Positions 33,765 to 43,422 of a stretch of DNA of 64,000 bases are shown piece after piece. The translations under genes were made by a program, and so were the position numbers. The stretch is from Vicinamibacterales bacterium (lineage in GTDB: Bacteria; Acidobacteriota; Vicinamibacteria; Vicinamibacterales; CAVVIG01). Numbering within the stretch: the first letter of the stretch is position 1; the number at the start of each line of letters is the position of its first letter. The DNA lies in assembly GCA_036004865.1 (NCBI GenBank), contig DASYQZ010000097.1, positions 4,606 to 68,605 of the forward strand, written 5' to 3'. Under the pieces are notes generated by a model, which was not told the DNA's origin, searched no databases, and saw nothing but the letters and a program-made list of their open reading frames with translations.

Positions 33765-34774
33765 CGTTCGGAGAACTCGAAGAGGCCCGGCGTCACGAGG
33801 ATGCGATCGTTCTTGCCGAAGAACAGGCTGTTCGGCGTCAGGAGGCCGGCCGCGCGAAATTGCACGGTGCGGATCTTGTCGCCGTCGGCGTCGTACACGT
33901 ACGTGAACGGCGCGACGAACGAGATCCACAAATGGCCGTGCCGATCGACCGCGGCGGTGCGAATGGTCGGCTGCACGAGCGGCAGCTCGCCCTCGTCCGT
34001 CTTGCGCTTCGGCCACGTCGTCGGCAGCCTGCTCAGCACCTCGTCGACTTCGCGGCCCTGCACGTGGCGCTCGAAGACGAGCCGCCCCTCTCGATCGAAC
34101 TTCTGAAACATCGGCTCGCCGGTTTGAAACACGAAGAAGAATCCGCCGGACGGATCGACGAGGGGAATGCCGCTGTTCAGCGCAAGGTGCACCTCGCGGT
34201 CGTCTTCGTGGCGTGTGCGGCGGAGATTGCCGATGGTCCGGTTTGGAATCCCGCTCAGCGTGTACTCCGTGATGAGCCCGCCGGTGTCGGGCTGCGACAT
34301 CAGGATCGACCGGCCGGTGTACTGCAGCGATCCGATGCCGTTCAGCACGAAGTTCTCGAGCACGACGCGCGGCCGCATGCGTCCGGGCAGCAGAAAGCCG
34401 CCGATGCGAAACCCGGCGGGCGTGAAGATTTGAATCCGCTCGCGGCCGTTCGGAGCGTCCGCGACGACGAACGTGCCGTTCGGCTCGACCGCGAACGCGG
34501 TCGGATCGATGATGCGGCCCGACTCGGCGCCGATCTGGATGATCTCCCACGAGCTCGCCTGCTGCTCGTCGATGCCGTACACGGTGTGGCCGCGCCGGTC
34601 GAAGATGAAGTACTGACCTGACGACGACTGCTGGAATCCGGTCGGCTCGCGAAAGCGTCCGGCGACGTGCGCGGGGATGGCGCCGGCGGAGCGCAGCACG
34701 TCCGGCTTCAGCGCGGTGAGCGAGGGGACAACAAGAAAGCCACCGCAGAGAGCGCAGAGAACGCGGAGAATCAT
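33761..34774 (-). CDS. secreted beta-propeller-like protein (unknown family)
   Basis: Signal MILRVLCALCGGFLVVPSL. Repeated ..G.F.FD..G...V.D.. strand patterns. No catalytic motif recognised. Confidence 0.5.
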   Translation of the reverse strand: MILRVLCALCGGFLVVPSLTALKPDVLRSAGAIPAHVAGRFREPTGFQQSSSGQYFIFDRRGHTVYGIDEQQASSWEIIQIGAESGRIIDPTAFAVEPNGTFVVADAPNGRERIQIFTPAGFRIGGFLLPGRMRPRVVLENFVLNGIGSLQYTGRSILMSQPDTGGLITEYTLSGIPNRTIGNLRRTRHEDDREVHLALNSGIPLVDPSGGFFFVFQTGEPMFQKFDREGRLVFERHVQGREVDEVLSRLPTTWPKRKTDEGELPLVQPTIRTAAVDRHGHLWISFVAPFTYVYDADGDKIRTVQFRAAGLLTPNSLFFGKNDRILVTPGLFEFSER

Positions 34775-34805
34775 TGTGGCGCTGCGATCTCTGCGTGCTC
34801 GGCGG

Positions 34806-36977
34806 TTAGTATCTCGCGGTTTGACGTATGGCCTTCAGCACGTCAGATGACTGAGGAAGGATCGCTTCCTCGAGGTCCGGACAGTAGGCCACCGGCGCAT
34901 CGAGCGCGCCGACCCGCTTCACCGGCGCGTCGAGATGCTCGAAGAGCTCGCCGCCGATCCGCGCGGCCAGCTCGGCGCCGAAGCCGCACGTCAGTTGATC
35001 CTCGTGCGCGACGACGACGCGGTTCGTGCGCTTGACGTGTGTGGCGATCGTGTCCCAGTCGTACGGAGCGATGGTCCGGAGATCGAGCACCGCGACGCTG
35101 ATGTGATCTTTCTCGGCCTGATGCGCGGCGACCAGCGTCCGCTGCACGAGCGCGCCCCAGGTGACGACGAGCACGTGGTCCCCCTCGCGCCGCAGGCTCG
35201 CGCGGGCGAAAGGAATCATGAACTCTTTCCCGGGGTACTCGCCCTTGTTGTACGTCTGGCGGTACAGATGTTTGTGCTCGAGGAAGAGGACCGGGTCGTC
35301 GCACCGGATCGATGTGCGCAGCAGGCCCGCCGCGTCGACGGCATTCGAGGGAAACACGATGCGGATGCCGGGGCAGTGCGCGAAGATGCTCTCGCCCGAC
35401 TGGCTGTGATATGGTCCGCCGCCGCGCAGATAGCCGCCGATCGGCGTCCGGATGACGATCGGGCACTTCCAGGTGTTGCCCGACCGGTACCGCATCATCG
35501 TCAGCTCGTCGCGGATCTGCATCATCGCCGGCCAGATGTAGTCGAAGAACTGAATCTCGACCACCGGCTTCAGCCCGCGCGCCGCCATCCCGACGGCCCG
35601 GCCGACGATGCTCGCTTCTGCGAGGGACGAGTTGAAGACGCGATCGTCGCCGAACATCCGCTGCAGGCCGTGCGTCAGCTTGAAGACGCCGCCTTTGCCG
35701 GGGACGACCGGCAGCGCCTCTTTCTTGCTCGCGTCGGCGACGTCCTCGCCGAAGACGACGATGCGCGCGTCGCGCGTCATTTCGTCTTTCAGCGTGCGGT
35801 TGATCGCCGCGACGACCGTGTCCGGTTTGCCTTCGGGCTGCGCCGGCGTGTCGAATGCAGACGAGCAGGGGTCGACGTCGGGGGAGTACACCCAGAGCGT
35901 CGCGCTGTCTTTCGATGGTTTGGGCGCGGCGAGCGCCTTCGTCGCCGCTTCGTTGACTTCCTGCTCGACTTCGGCCGCCATCTCGGCCAGCGTCTCGTCG
36001 GAGGCCAGACCGTTCTGTTTCAGGAACTCGGCGAACCGCTTGATCGGATCGCGCCGGGCTTCCGCCTCGCGTTCCGCCGGCGGCTTGTACAGCTTCTCGT
36101 CGTCCGACAGCGAGTGGGAATACGGACGAATGACCTTCGCGTGGACGAACGCCGGACCTTTGCGCGCGCGGACGTAGGCGGCCGCCTCGCGCATCGTCCG
36201 AAGGCTCTCGAAGAAATCGGTGCCGTCGATCGACTCGACGAACAGTCCGGGGAACGATCGCACGAGCTTCGAGATGTCGCCGCCTGCCGTCTGCACTTCG
36301 ACCGGCACCGAAATCGCGTAACCGTTGTCCTCGACGAGGAACAGGACCGGGAGATTCTTGGCGCACGTCGTGTTGAGCGCCTCCCAGAATTCGCCCTCGC
36401 TCGTCGCGCCTTCGCCGAGCGAGACGTACGTGATCTCGTCGTCGCGCGATCGCTCGCGGCGATCCGGAATCTGCGGCACGCGGCTGTAGATGACGCCCGC
36501 TTCCGCCGCGCCAACGGCGTGGAGCACCTGCGTGCCGGTGGGACTGGAGCCGCTGATGATATTCAGTTTGGTGCTGCTCCAGTGCGAGGGCATCTGCCGG
36601 CCGCCGGAATTGGGGTCGTCCTTGGCGCCGACGGCGGCGAGCAGCATGTCGAGCGGCGTCATCCCGAGCTGCAGGCACAGCGCGCGATCGCGATAGTACG
36701 GACAGAACCAGTCGTAGCCGGGTCTCAGCGTCAGGCCCGCGGCCACGAGGACCGCTTCGTGGCCGGCGCCGCTGATTTGAAAAAAGATATGACTCTGATT
36801 TTTGAGCTGGATTTCCTTGTCGTCGAGCTTGCGCGACAGGAGCATGCAGCGATGGACGGCGAGCAGCTGGGCCGGAAGCAGGTCCAACTCTACACCGCTC
36901 GATTGACTCGCGGCGCTCGATTGACTCGCGGCCGGGTGCGCCCCCACGCTGCTGCCGTTGACAGCGGTCGCTTTCAT
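34806..36977 (-). CDS. fused alpha/beta E1 component of a 2-oxoacid (branched-chain-type) dehydrogenase
   Basis: 723 aa. The TPP-binding alpha part has ..[15 protein letters not shown]... The beta part has ..VFGEDV...GGVF..T.GL. and ..[15 protein letters not shown]. Confidence 0.85.
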   Translation of the reverse strand: MKATAVNGSSVGAHPAASQSSAASQSSGVELDLLPAQLLAVHRCMLLSRKLDDKEIQLKNQSHIFFQISGAGHEAVLVAAGLTLRPGYDWFCPYYRDRALCLQLGMTPLDMLLAAVGAKDDPNSGGRQMPSHWSSTKLNIISGSSPTGTQVLHAVGAAEAGVIYSRVPQIPDRRERSRDDEITYVSLGEGATSEGEFWEALNTTCAKNLPVLFLVEDNGYAISVPVEVQTAGGDISKLVRSFPGLFVESIDGTDFFESLRTMREAAAYVRARKGPAFVHAKVIRPYSHSLSDDEKLYKPPAEREAEARRDPIKRFAEFLKQNGLASDETLAEMAAEVEQEVNEAATKALAAPKPSKDSATLWVYSPDVDPCSSAFDTPAQPEGKPDTVVAAINRTLKDEMTRDARIVVFGEDVADASKKEALPVVPGKGGVFKLTHGLQRMFGDDRVFNSSLAEASIVGRAVGMAARGLKPVVEIQFFDYIWPAMMQIRDELTMMRYRSGNTWKCPIVIRTPIGGYLRGGGPYHSQSGESIFAHCPGIRIVFPSNAVDAAGLLRTSIRCDDPVLFLEHKHLYRQTYNKGEYPGKEFMIPFARASLRREGDHVLVVTWGALVQRTLVAAHQAEKDHISVAVLDLRTIAPYDWDTIATHVKRTNRVVVAHEDQLTCGFGAELAARIGGELFEHLDAPVKRVGALDAPVAYCPDLEEAILPQSSDVLKAIRQTARY
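36897..36932. repeat. perfect 18-bp tandem duplication in the 5' end of the E1 gene
   Basis: gctcgattgactcgcggc x2, encoding [12 protein letters not shown]. Confidence 0.9.
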
Positions 36978-37138
36978 CTCACCGCATTATAGCGATCAAC
37001 CGACATCACGCGATTGCCCGCACGTACGAAGAGAACGGCACCCATGTCAGGAACTCCCAGGGCCGCTGCTGGCGCCTCTCCACGTGGCGGCATGATACAG
37101 AAACCACGATCACGCCCGACGATATAATCGGCGGCCAT

Positions 37139-37501
37139 ATGAGCACCCAGACCGTTCGCCTGCACCGGTGGGACGAGATCGCGCTCGAAAAAGTGACCGA
37201 GATGCTGTCGCGGAAAATCGTGACCGGCGAGCGCGAGATGATCGCGCAGATTTATTTGAAGCGCGGCTGCCTCGTGCCGATGCACTCGCACGAGAGCGAA
37301 CAGATGACCTACATCCTGCAGGGCGCGCTGAAGTTTCTCGTCGGCGGCGAGGAAATCACGGTGCGAGAAGGCGAGGTGCTCCACATTCCGTCATGGGTGG
37401 AGCATCAGGCCGAGGCGCTCGACGACACGTTCGAGCTCGACGTGTTCAGCCCGATCCGGCAGGATTGGCTGGATCACACCGACGATTATTTTCATCGGTG
37501 A
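37139..37501 (+). CDS. cupin-domain protein
   Basis: ..PMHSHESEQMTYILQG.. and ..VLHIPSWVEHQAEA.. (two-His cupin motifs). TATAAT at 37125-37130. Confidence 0.8.
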   Translation: MSTQTVRLHRWDEIALEKVTEMLSRKIVTGEREMIAQIYLKRGCLVPMHSHESEQMTYILQGALKFLVGGEEITVREGEVLHIPSWVEHQAEALDDTFELDVFSPIRQDWLDHTDDYFHR

Positions 37502-37514
37502 TCCGCGGCGGCTC

Positions 37515-37574
37515 GTAGCGCAGGCCTTCAGGCCTGCCAACAGCCGGCCGGGCAGCCCTGAAGGGCTGCGCTAC
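37515..37574. repeat. GTAG-type REP doublet (REPIN-like) between convergent genes; probably a bidirectional terminator
   Basis: GTAGCGCAGGCCTTCAGGCCTGCC, an 11-nt spacer, then GGGCAGCCCTGAAGGGCTGCGCTAC. Each arm is also a perfect 7-bp hairpin on its own. Confidence 0.75.
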
Positions 37575-40285
37575 TCGTCGCGCAGCGCGACCATCGGATC
37601 GAGGCGCAGCGCGGTCAGAGCCGGAACGATCGCGGCGAGCGCCGCTGCGGCGAGCAAGGCGAGAACCGTGGCCGTGAACGTGATCGGATCGATGGGGCTG
37701 ACGCCGAAGAGCAGCGCGCGAATGAGGTGACCGCCGGCCGCGGCAAGCAGCAGGCCGATCGCGCCGCCGGCCGCCACCGGCCTGAGCCCCTGCCCGACAA
37801 TCATCCGGAGTAAATCCGTTCGATTCGCACCGAGCGCGACGCGAATGCCGATTTCGCGCAGCCGCCGGCTGACGGAGAACGCGACGACGCCGTAGAGACC
37901 GCTGCAGGCCAGAACGAGGCCCATCAGGCCGAGCGCGGCGGCCGCCGCCGCGGCGATTCGGACCGGCGATAGCGCGAGGCGAACGTTCTCTTCGATCGAC
38001 TTGATCGAGACGAGCAGGTTTGGATCAGCCTCCGCCACGCGGGCGCGCAGCACGCTGACCACCGCCTCGGTGCGGCCGTCGTGCGCGATGAGCAGCCTGC
38101 CTTCCATGAAGCCGCGGATCGGCGTGTAGACCTTCGGACGGATCCGCCGGTCGACGGCGATGCCGCTCGTCGTCGCGACAACGCCGACGATTTCGTCGTC
38201 GCCGTCCTCGTCGCGGCCGAGGCGCACGAACCGGCCCAGCGGATCGGCGTCGCCGAATCGCGCGCGCGCGAATCGCTCGTCGACGACCGCGGCTCGCGCC
38301 CCGCGCCGCACGTCGTCGAGCGTGAAGCCGCGCCCGCGCAGGACGGCGACGCGCATCGTCTTGAAGTACTCGCCGCCCACCTGCTCGCATGCGACGTCGA
38401 ACCGCTCGGACGGCCGGCCGTCGGCGCCGATCGTCCTGGCGCGCATGCCGCAGCCGCCGAGCAGCGGATCGTTGACCGTCATCGATACGCCGACGACGCC
38501 CGCGCTCTGCGCGACGGCGTCGCGAAGGTTCATCAAGAGACGGCCGGCCGGTTCCGCCGTGTATTGCTCCTGCTGAAGGTTGAACGACGCAATCAGCACG
38601 TTGTCGGCGCGTTGACCGAGATCCATGCGCAGCGCGCGATCCAGACCGCGCACCAGCAGCCCCGCGTTCACGAGCAGGACGAGCGTGATGGCCGTCTGGC
38701 CGGCCACGAGCGCGCTTTGAAGCGGGATGCGCCATCCCGGCAGCGACCGGATGCCGCGCTCGGTCTTCAACGCAGGCGTCAAATCCCTGCGAATGAGCCG
38801 GAGCGCAGGGACGCTCCCGAAGAACAGACTCGTCGCGAGCGACACGGTGAGCGTGTAGGCGACGATCCACCAGTCGGGAGAGAGATCGATCTGGTGTCCG
38901 GTCATGGCGCTCTTGGGCACCGACGCGAGGACGAAGCGCGCGGCGGCCTGCGACAACATCAGGCCGATCACACCGCCGAGGGCGCCGATGACCGCGCTCT
39001 CGGTGAGGAACTGCCGCAACAAGCGCGCGCGGCCGGCGCCGAGCGAGACGCGAATCGCAATCTCGCGCCGCCGTCCGAGACCGCGCGCGAGCAGCATGTT
39101 CGCGACGTTCGCGCAGGCGATCAGCAAGACGAGGGAGACCGCGAGAAACGCGATCGCCATCACCGGCGCGCCGTTCTGCATGATCATCGGATAGTTGAGA
39201 AACGCGCCCGGCGACACGACGACGGTCGCCGTTCGATCGGGATTGTGCGGCAGCAGCGACTGCTGGCCGAGCACCGAGAGCTCGGCGCGCATCGCCGAAT
39301 CGGAGACGCCGGGTCTGCGCCGCGCGAGGATTTGAATCCAGCCGAACGTCGGCTCGTCGATCAGCATGCCGCCGGGCCGCGTAATGGCCTGCATGGTGTA
39401 GGGGAGCCACACGTCCGGCGTGACGACGAGCGGTCCCGTCGCGTCCGCGTCGGCAACGCCGACGATCGTGAACGGCGTCCGATTCAGGTTGACCGTTCGG
39501 CCGACGACGTCCTGTGCGGCGCCGAACTGTTGTTGCCATGTTGCCCACGACAACACGACGAGCGGCGCCGATCCAGGCGTCTTCGTTTCGTCGGCCGTGA
39601 AGAACCGGCCGAGCGCCGGCCTGGCGCCGATGAGCGGCAACAGGTTCTCGGACACGAGCTGAGCGCGAAGCTGTCCGCCCGCGGCGCACGTGCAGCTCAA
39701 TGACGCCTCGGCGACTGCCGCGAGATCGGCGGTTCGCGACTGCGATCGCATGAACACGAACTCGGGGAACGAAACGAAGTACGGAGTGCCATACGTGCCG
39801 CGCGAGCCGCCGCCGCGCGTCGACATGAAGACGTTCCGGATGGTGCCCGGATCCTTCACGGGCAGCGGGCGGAGCACGAGTGCGTAGACGAGCGTCACGA
39901 GCCCCGCGTTGACGGCGACGCCGAGCGCGATGGCGACGATGGCCGTCGACGCGAACACGGGCGTGCGCCGGAGACTGCGCCATGCGTACGTCAGATCGCG
40001 CGCCAGATCGTCGACGAGCGCCAACGGCCGCGCATCGCGGATTTGTTCCTTGTACTTGTCGACGCCGCCGAATTCGAGGCGCGCGCGGCGCTCGGCGTCG
40101 GCCGGGTTGAGGCCGCGGCGTACGTGATCGTCGATCCGGCTCCTGAGGTGAAACGCGAGCTCCTCGTCCAGGTCGCGTTCGAAGCGATGTCCCGCCTCCG
40201 CTCGCTCACCTCTCGAGCGAGCTTCGGCGAGGCTCGCCGAAGCGCCGGAGGCGCGAAGGCGGCGGCGGCGAAACAGGCGCCACAT
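37571..40285 (-). CDS. ADOP-family permease (duplicated FtsX domains) with a PadR-associated N-terminal prefix domain
   Basis: MWRLFRRRRL..ERDLDEELAFHL..GLNPADAERRARLEFGGV..DLTYAWRSLRRTPVFA. Two FtsX blocks (RRREIAIRVSLGAGR, RLREIGIRVALGANR). ATG 40285 lies 2 nt after the PadR stop. Confidence 0.85.
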   Translation of the reverse strand: MWRLFRRRRLRASGASASLAEARSRGERAEAGHRFERDLDEELAFHLRSRIDDHVRRGLNPADAERRARLEFGGVDKYKEQIRDARPLALVDDLARDLTYAWRSLRRTPVFASTAIVAIALGVAVNAGLVTLVYALVLRPLPVKDPGTIRNVFMSTRGGGSRGTYGTPYFVSFPEFVFMRSQSRTADLAAVAEASLSCTCAAGGQLRAQLVSENLLPLIGARPALGRFFTADETKTPGSAPLVVLSWATWQQQFGAAQDVVGRTVNLNRTPFTIVGVADADATGPLVVTPDVWLPYTMQAITRPGGMLIDEPTFGWIQILARRRPGVSDSAMRAELSVLGQQSLLPHNPDRTATVVVSPGAFLNYPMIMQNGAPVMAIAFLAVSLVLLIACANVANMLLARGLGRRREIAIRVSLGAGRARLLRQFLTESAVIGALGGVIGLMLSQAAARFVLASVPKSAMTGHQIDLSPDWWIVAYTLTVSLATSLFFGSVPALRLIRRDLTPALKTERGIRSLPGWRIPLQSALVAGQTAITLVLLVNAGLLVRGLDRALRMDLGQRADNVLIASFNLQQEQYTAEPAGRLLMNLRDAVAQSAGVVGVSMTVNDPLLGGCGMRARTIGADGRPSERFDVACEQVGGEYFKTMRVAVLRGRGFTLDDVRRGARAAVVDERFARARFGDADPLGRFVRLGRDEDGDDEIVGVVATTSGIAVDRRIRPKVYTPIRGFMEGRLLIAHDGRTEAVVSVLRARVAEADPNLLVSIKSIEENVRLALSPVRIAAAAAAALGLMGLVLACSGLYGVVAFSVSRRLREIGIRVALGANRTDLLRMIVGQGLRPVAAGGAIGLLLAAAGGHLIRALLFGVSPIDPITFTATVLALLAAAALAAIVPALTALRLDPMVALRDE
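40189..40254. repeat. family F2, copy 2 (inside the ADOP N-terminal prefix; opposite orientation to copy 1)
   Basis: The reverse complement reads gcgcctccggcgcttcggcgagcctcgccgaagctcgc..gagcgagcggaggcgggac. Confidence 0.85.
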
Positions 40286-40287
40286 GG

Positions 40288-40674
40288 TCACACCTCCTCG
40301 GGTTTCGCACGGAGCGCGGTGCCGATCGCGGCCACGAGCCGCTCCCACCATTCGGTTTCTTCACGGAGACGCTTCCGTCCGGCAGCGGTCAGCCGGTAGT
40401 ATTTGGCTCGACGGTTGTTGTCGGACGTGCCCCATTCGGTCGCGACGAGGCGCTGGCGCTGGAGGCGATACAACGCAGGATAGAGGGCGCCCTGCTCGAT
40501 CGCGAGCGCGTCGCCGGTGATCTGCTCGATTCTGAGGAGGATGCCGTAGCCGTGCAGCGGCCCGAGAGAGATCGCCTTCAGGATGAGCAGGTCGAGCGTG
40601 CCCGGCAGCAGTTCCGCGGCGTTGTCCACAGGGTCCACAGGGTCCACAGGGTCCACCGTGTCCCTCGGGGCCAT
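40288..40674 (-). CDS. PadR-family transcriptional regulator
   Basis: LDLLILKAISLGPLHGYGILLRIEQ..GALYPALYRLQRQRLV...RRAKYYRLTAAGRKRL. Confidence 0.9.
   Translation of the reverse strand: MAPRDTVDPVDPVDPVDNAAELLPGTLDLLILKAISLGPLHGYGILLRIEQITGDALAIEQGALYPALYRLQRQRLVATEWGTSDNNRRAKYYRLTAAGRKRLREETEWWERLVAAIGTALRAKPEEV
40624..40668. repeat. in-frame 9-bp tandem repeat in PadR codons 5-19
   Basis: gtccacagg x3, then gtccaccgt and gtccctcgg. Encodes (DPV)3 on the minus strand. Confidence 0.9.
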
Positions 40675-40751
40675 CGGCGACTCCTAAGTTGGTTAGGCAA
40701 GGTAGCGCCGCTCTCCTAAGTTGTCAAGGAGAAGCCGTTTTTAGAGGGTAC

Positions 40752-42941
40752 ATGAGACAAGGCACAGTCGTTCTGACGTTGGCCGCCGCGACGCTCGGCG
40801 CTGTCCTGGTGTCCGCGCAAAACAACGCCGCTCCGCCGTCACGTCTGCGCGGATTCTCGGTGGCGTCCAGCGCGTCCGAGCTCGAGCGCGAACGGATGTT
40901 CCAGGCCATGCCCGACGCGAAGCTCGCCGAAGCGGATTTCGACGTGATGACGGCCGAGCCGCATCACACCGGCTCGCCGTACGAGATCAAGCTGGCCGAT
41001 TACGTCGCCGATCGGTTCAAGACGTTCGGCTTCGACGTCTCGCGCGACGAGTACAGCGTGCTGCTGCCGTGGCCCGGCGAGCGCCGCCTCGACATCGTCG
41101 GGCCCGACCCGGTGAAGCTCGAGGTGGAGGAAGAAAAGATCCGCGGCGATCAATGGGCCGACATGCCCGGCATCCTGCCGGCCTACAACGCATACTCGCC
41201 GTCGGGCGACGTCACCGGCGAGATCGTCTACGTCAACTTCGGCATCCCCTCGGATTACGACACGCTGCAGAAGCTCGGCATCGACGTGAAGGGCAAGATC
41301 GTGCTCGCGCGCTACGGCGGAAGCTGGCGCGGGATCAAACCGAAAGTCGCGGCGGAGCACGGCGCCGTCGCCTGCCTCATTTATTCAGATCCGCACGAGG
41401 ACGGCTACTTCCAGGGCGAGGTGTATCCCGACGGTCCGTTTCGCGGCTGGGGGATGATTCAGCGCGGCAGCGTGATGGACATGCCGCGCTATCCCGGCGA
41501 TCCGTCGACACCCGATCGTCCATCGAAGCCGGGCGTGGCGCGGATTCCGATGGATCAGATCAAAACCTTCTCGCCTATTCCGGTGCAGCCGCTGTCGTAT
41601 CGCGACGGTGTCGAGCTGCTGAAGCGTCTCAAGGGTCCCGTTGCGCCGGAAGCGTGGCGCGGCGCGCTGCCGATCACCTACCACGTGGGTCCGGGTCCTG
41701 CGAGCGTCCACGTCAAACTGCAGATGGACTACGCGCAGCGGCGCGTGATCAACGTCGTCGGACGGATCGCGGGTCGCGAGTCTCCCGACGAGTGGGTCAT
41801 CGTCGGATCGCATCGCGATGCGTGGACGTTCGGCGCGTCGGATTCAGTCAGCGGTCACGTGTCGATGATGAGCGTGGCGCGTGCGTTCAGCGACATGATG
41901 AAGGCCGGCTGGAGGCCGCGCCGCACGTTGATCTTCGTGAGCTGGGACGGCGAGGAGCAGGGGCTGCTCGGATCGACGGAATGGGTGGAGGAGTTTGCGA
42001 CCGAGCTGCGGGCGAAGACCGCCGTGTACGTGAATCGCGATGCCGGTGCGGGCGGCTTGAACTTCAACAGCAGCGCGGTCCATTCGCTGACGCCGTTCGT
42101 CCACGAGCTGGCCCAGTCGATTCGGCCGGCGGGAGAGTCGAAGACCCTGTATGAAGGGTGGCTTGCCCGGGTGCGCGAACAGGCGCCGAAGCAGGAGGGT
42201 CAACCACCGCCGGCCGAGACCATCAAAACGCCGCCGGTGGGCGCGCTCGGATCGGGATCGGACTACACGGCATTTCTTGATCATGTCGGCATCACGTCGC
42301 TCGACATGGGCTTGAACGGTACCGGGGGCGACGGTACGTATCACTCCACGTACGACAATCCGTCGTGGTTCAAGAAATACATCGATCCTCAGTTCAAGTA
42401 CAGCGTTCTCGCCGCGCAGGTGACCGGCGTCGCGCTGCTGCGGCTCGTCGACGCCGAGGTGCTGCCGTTCGACGACGAGTCATATGGCAAGCAGATCCTC
42501 GAGTACGTGAACGAGATCGAGCAGCAGGCGACCAAGGCGTCGACGCCCGAAGCAAAAAATGACGCGAAGAAGATCGATTTCCGTGGATTGAAAGCCGCCG
42601 CCGAGAGCTTCGCGAAGGCGGGCGCCGATCTCCGCCGCCGCGCCGATGAAGTCGTACTACAGTCCGACTCCAGTCAGGCTGCAGCACGACTCATTGCAAT
42701 TCGTGACATCAATCACCGGCTGATGATGGCGGAGCGCGATCTGATCGAGCCACAGGGGCTGCCGGACCGGCCGTGGTTCCGGCACGTGATTTACGCGCCG
42801 GGGCTGTACACGGGCTACGGCGTGAAGACCATTCCCGGCGTGCGCGAGGCGGTCGATGCCGGCAACTATGCGCGCGCGGCCGATCAGGCGGCGATCGTCA
42901 TCCGCGCGCTGCAGCGCGCCGCGAAGACGCTATGGCCATAG
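40752..42941 (+). CDS. M28-family peptidase (glutamate carboxypeptidase II / transferrin-receptor-like)
   Basis: Signal MRQGTVVLTLAAATLGAVLVSAQ. PA domain, then ..GSHRDAW.FGA.D..SG.. and ..SWDGEEQGLLGSTEW.E.. C-terminal dimerisation-like helices. Confidence 0.85.
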   Translation: MRQGTVVLTLAAATLGAVLVSAQNNAAPPSRLRGFSVASSASELERERMFQAMPDAKLAEADFDVMTAEPHHTGSPYEIKLADYVADRFKTFGFDVSRDEYSVLLPWPGERRLDIVGPDPVKLEVEEEKIRGDQWADMPGILPAYNAYSPSGDVTGEIVYVNFGIPSDYDTLQKLGIDVKGKIVLARYGGSWRGIKPKVAAEHGAVACLIYSDPHEDGYFQGEVYPDGPFRGWGMIQRGSVMDMPRYPGDPSTPDRPSKPGVARIPMDQIKTFSPIPVQPLSYRDGVELLKRLKGPVAPEAWRGALPITYHVGPGPASVHVKLQMDYAQRRVINVVGRIAGRESPDEWVIVGSHRDAWTFGASDSVSGHVSMMSVARAFSDMMKAGWRPRRTLIFVSWDGEEQGLLGSTEWVEEFATELRAKTAVYVNRDAGAGGLNFNSSAVHSLTPFVHELAQSIRPAGESKTLYEGWLARVREQAPKQEGQPPPAETIKTPPVGALGSGSDYTAFLDHVGITSLDMGLNGTGGDGTYHSTYDNPSWFKKYIDPQFKYSVLAAQVTGVALLRLVDAEVLPFDDESYGKQILEYVNEIEQQATKASTPEAKNDAKKIDFRGLKAAAESFAKAGADLRRRADEVVLQSDSSQAAARLIAIRDINHRLMMAERDLIEPQGLPDRPWFRHVIYAPGLYTGYGVKTIPGVREAVDAGNYARAADQAAIVIRALQRAAKTLWP

Positions 42942-43393
42942 ATCGACAGCGCCTCGGGCTGACGCTGCTGCGCCTCTGCATCGGCGTCTTCTTTCTCTTC
43001 GAGGGCCTCGGCAAGATCCGATGGCTGACCGATTCGTCGATCCTCGCCGGTCAGTTCGCGGAGTGGTCGCAGACCGCCGCGGCCGGCTCGATCCCTCAGA
43101 CCTACTTACAGCGGATCGCGGTCCCCGGCGTCGCCATCTTCGCGCGGCTGGTCCCGCTGGGCGAGCTGACGTGCGGCGTCGCGCTCGTGCTCAACTTCTG
43201 GACGCCGCTGTTCGCGTTCATCGCGTTCTTCATGGCGCTGAACTTTCAGATCGCGAGCGGCGCCGTTTTCAAGTACAGCTTCCTGACGAGCGGCTACGGA
43301 TTGCCGGTGCTCGGCTCGACGCTCGCGCTCGCACTGACCGGATCGAGCAAACCGAGACCGAAACAGCCAAAGGCGAAACTGGAAAGGAGCTGA
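42932..43393 (+). CDS. DoxX-family membrane protein
   Basis: LLRLCIGVFFLFEGLGKI and four TM helices. ATG 42932 overlaps the M28 stop. Confidence 0.65.
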   Translation: MAIDRQRLGLTLLRLCIGVFFLFEGLGKIRWLTDSSILAGQFAEWSQTAAAGSIPQTYLQRIAVPGVAIFARLVPLGELTCGVALVLNFWTPLFAFIAFFMALNFQIASGAVFKYSFLTSGYGLPVLGSTLALALTGSSKPRPKQPKAKLERS

Positions 43394-43422
43394 AACCTGA
43401 GAGCCGATAGCTGAGCGCCGAC

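Noticed and set aside
34935-36992. 685-aa plus-strand ORF, and the 611-aa minus-strand ORF at 34843-36678
   Set aside because: They overlap the E1 alpha/beta fusion gene in non-coding frames. Only the 34806-36977 frame shows TPP and transketolase-like motifs.
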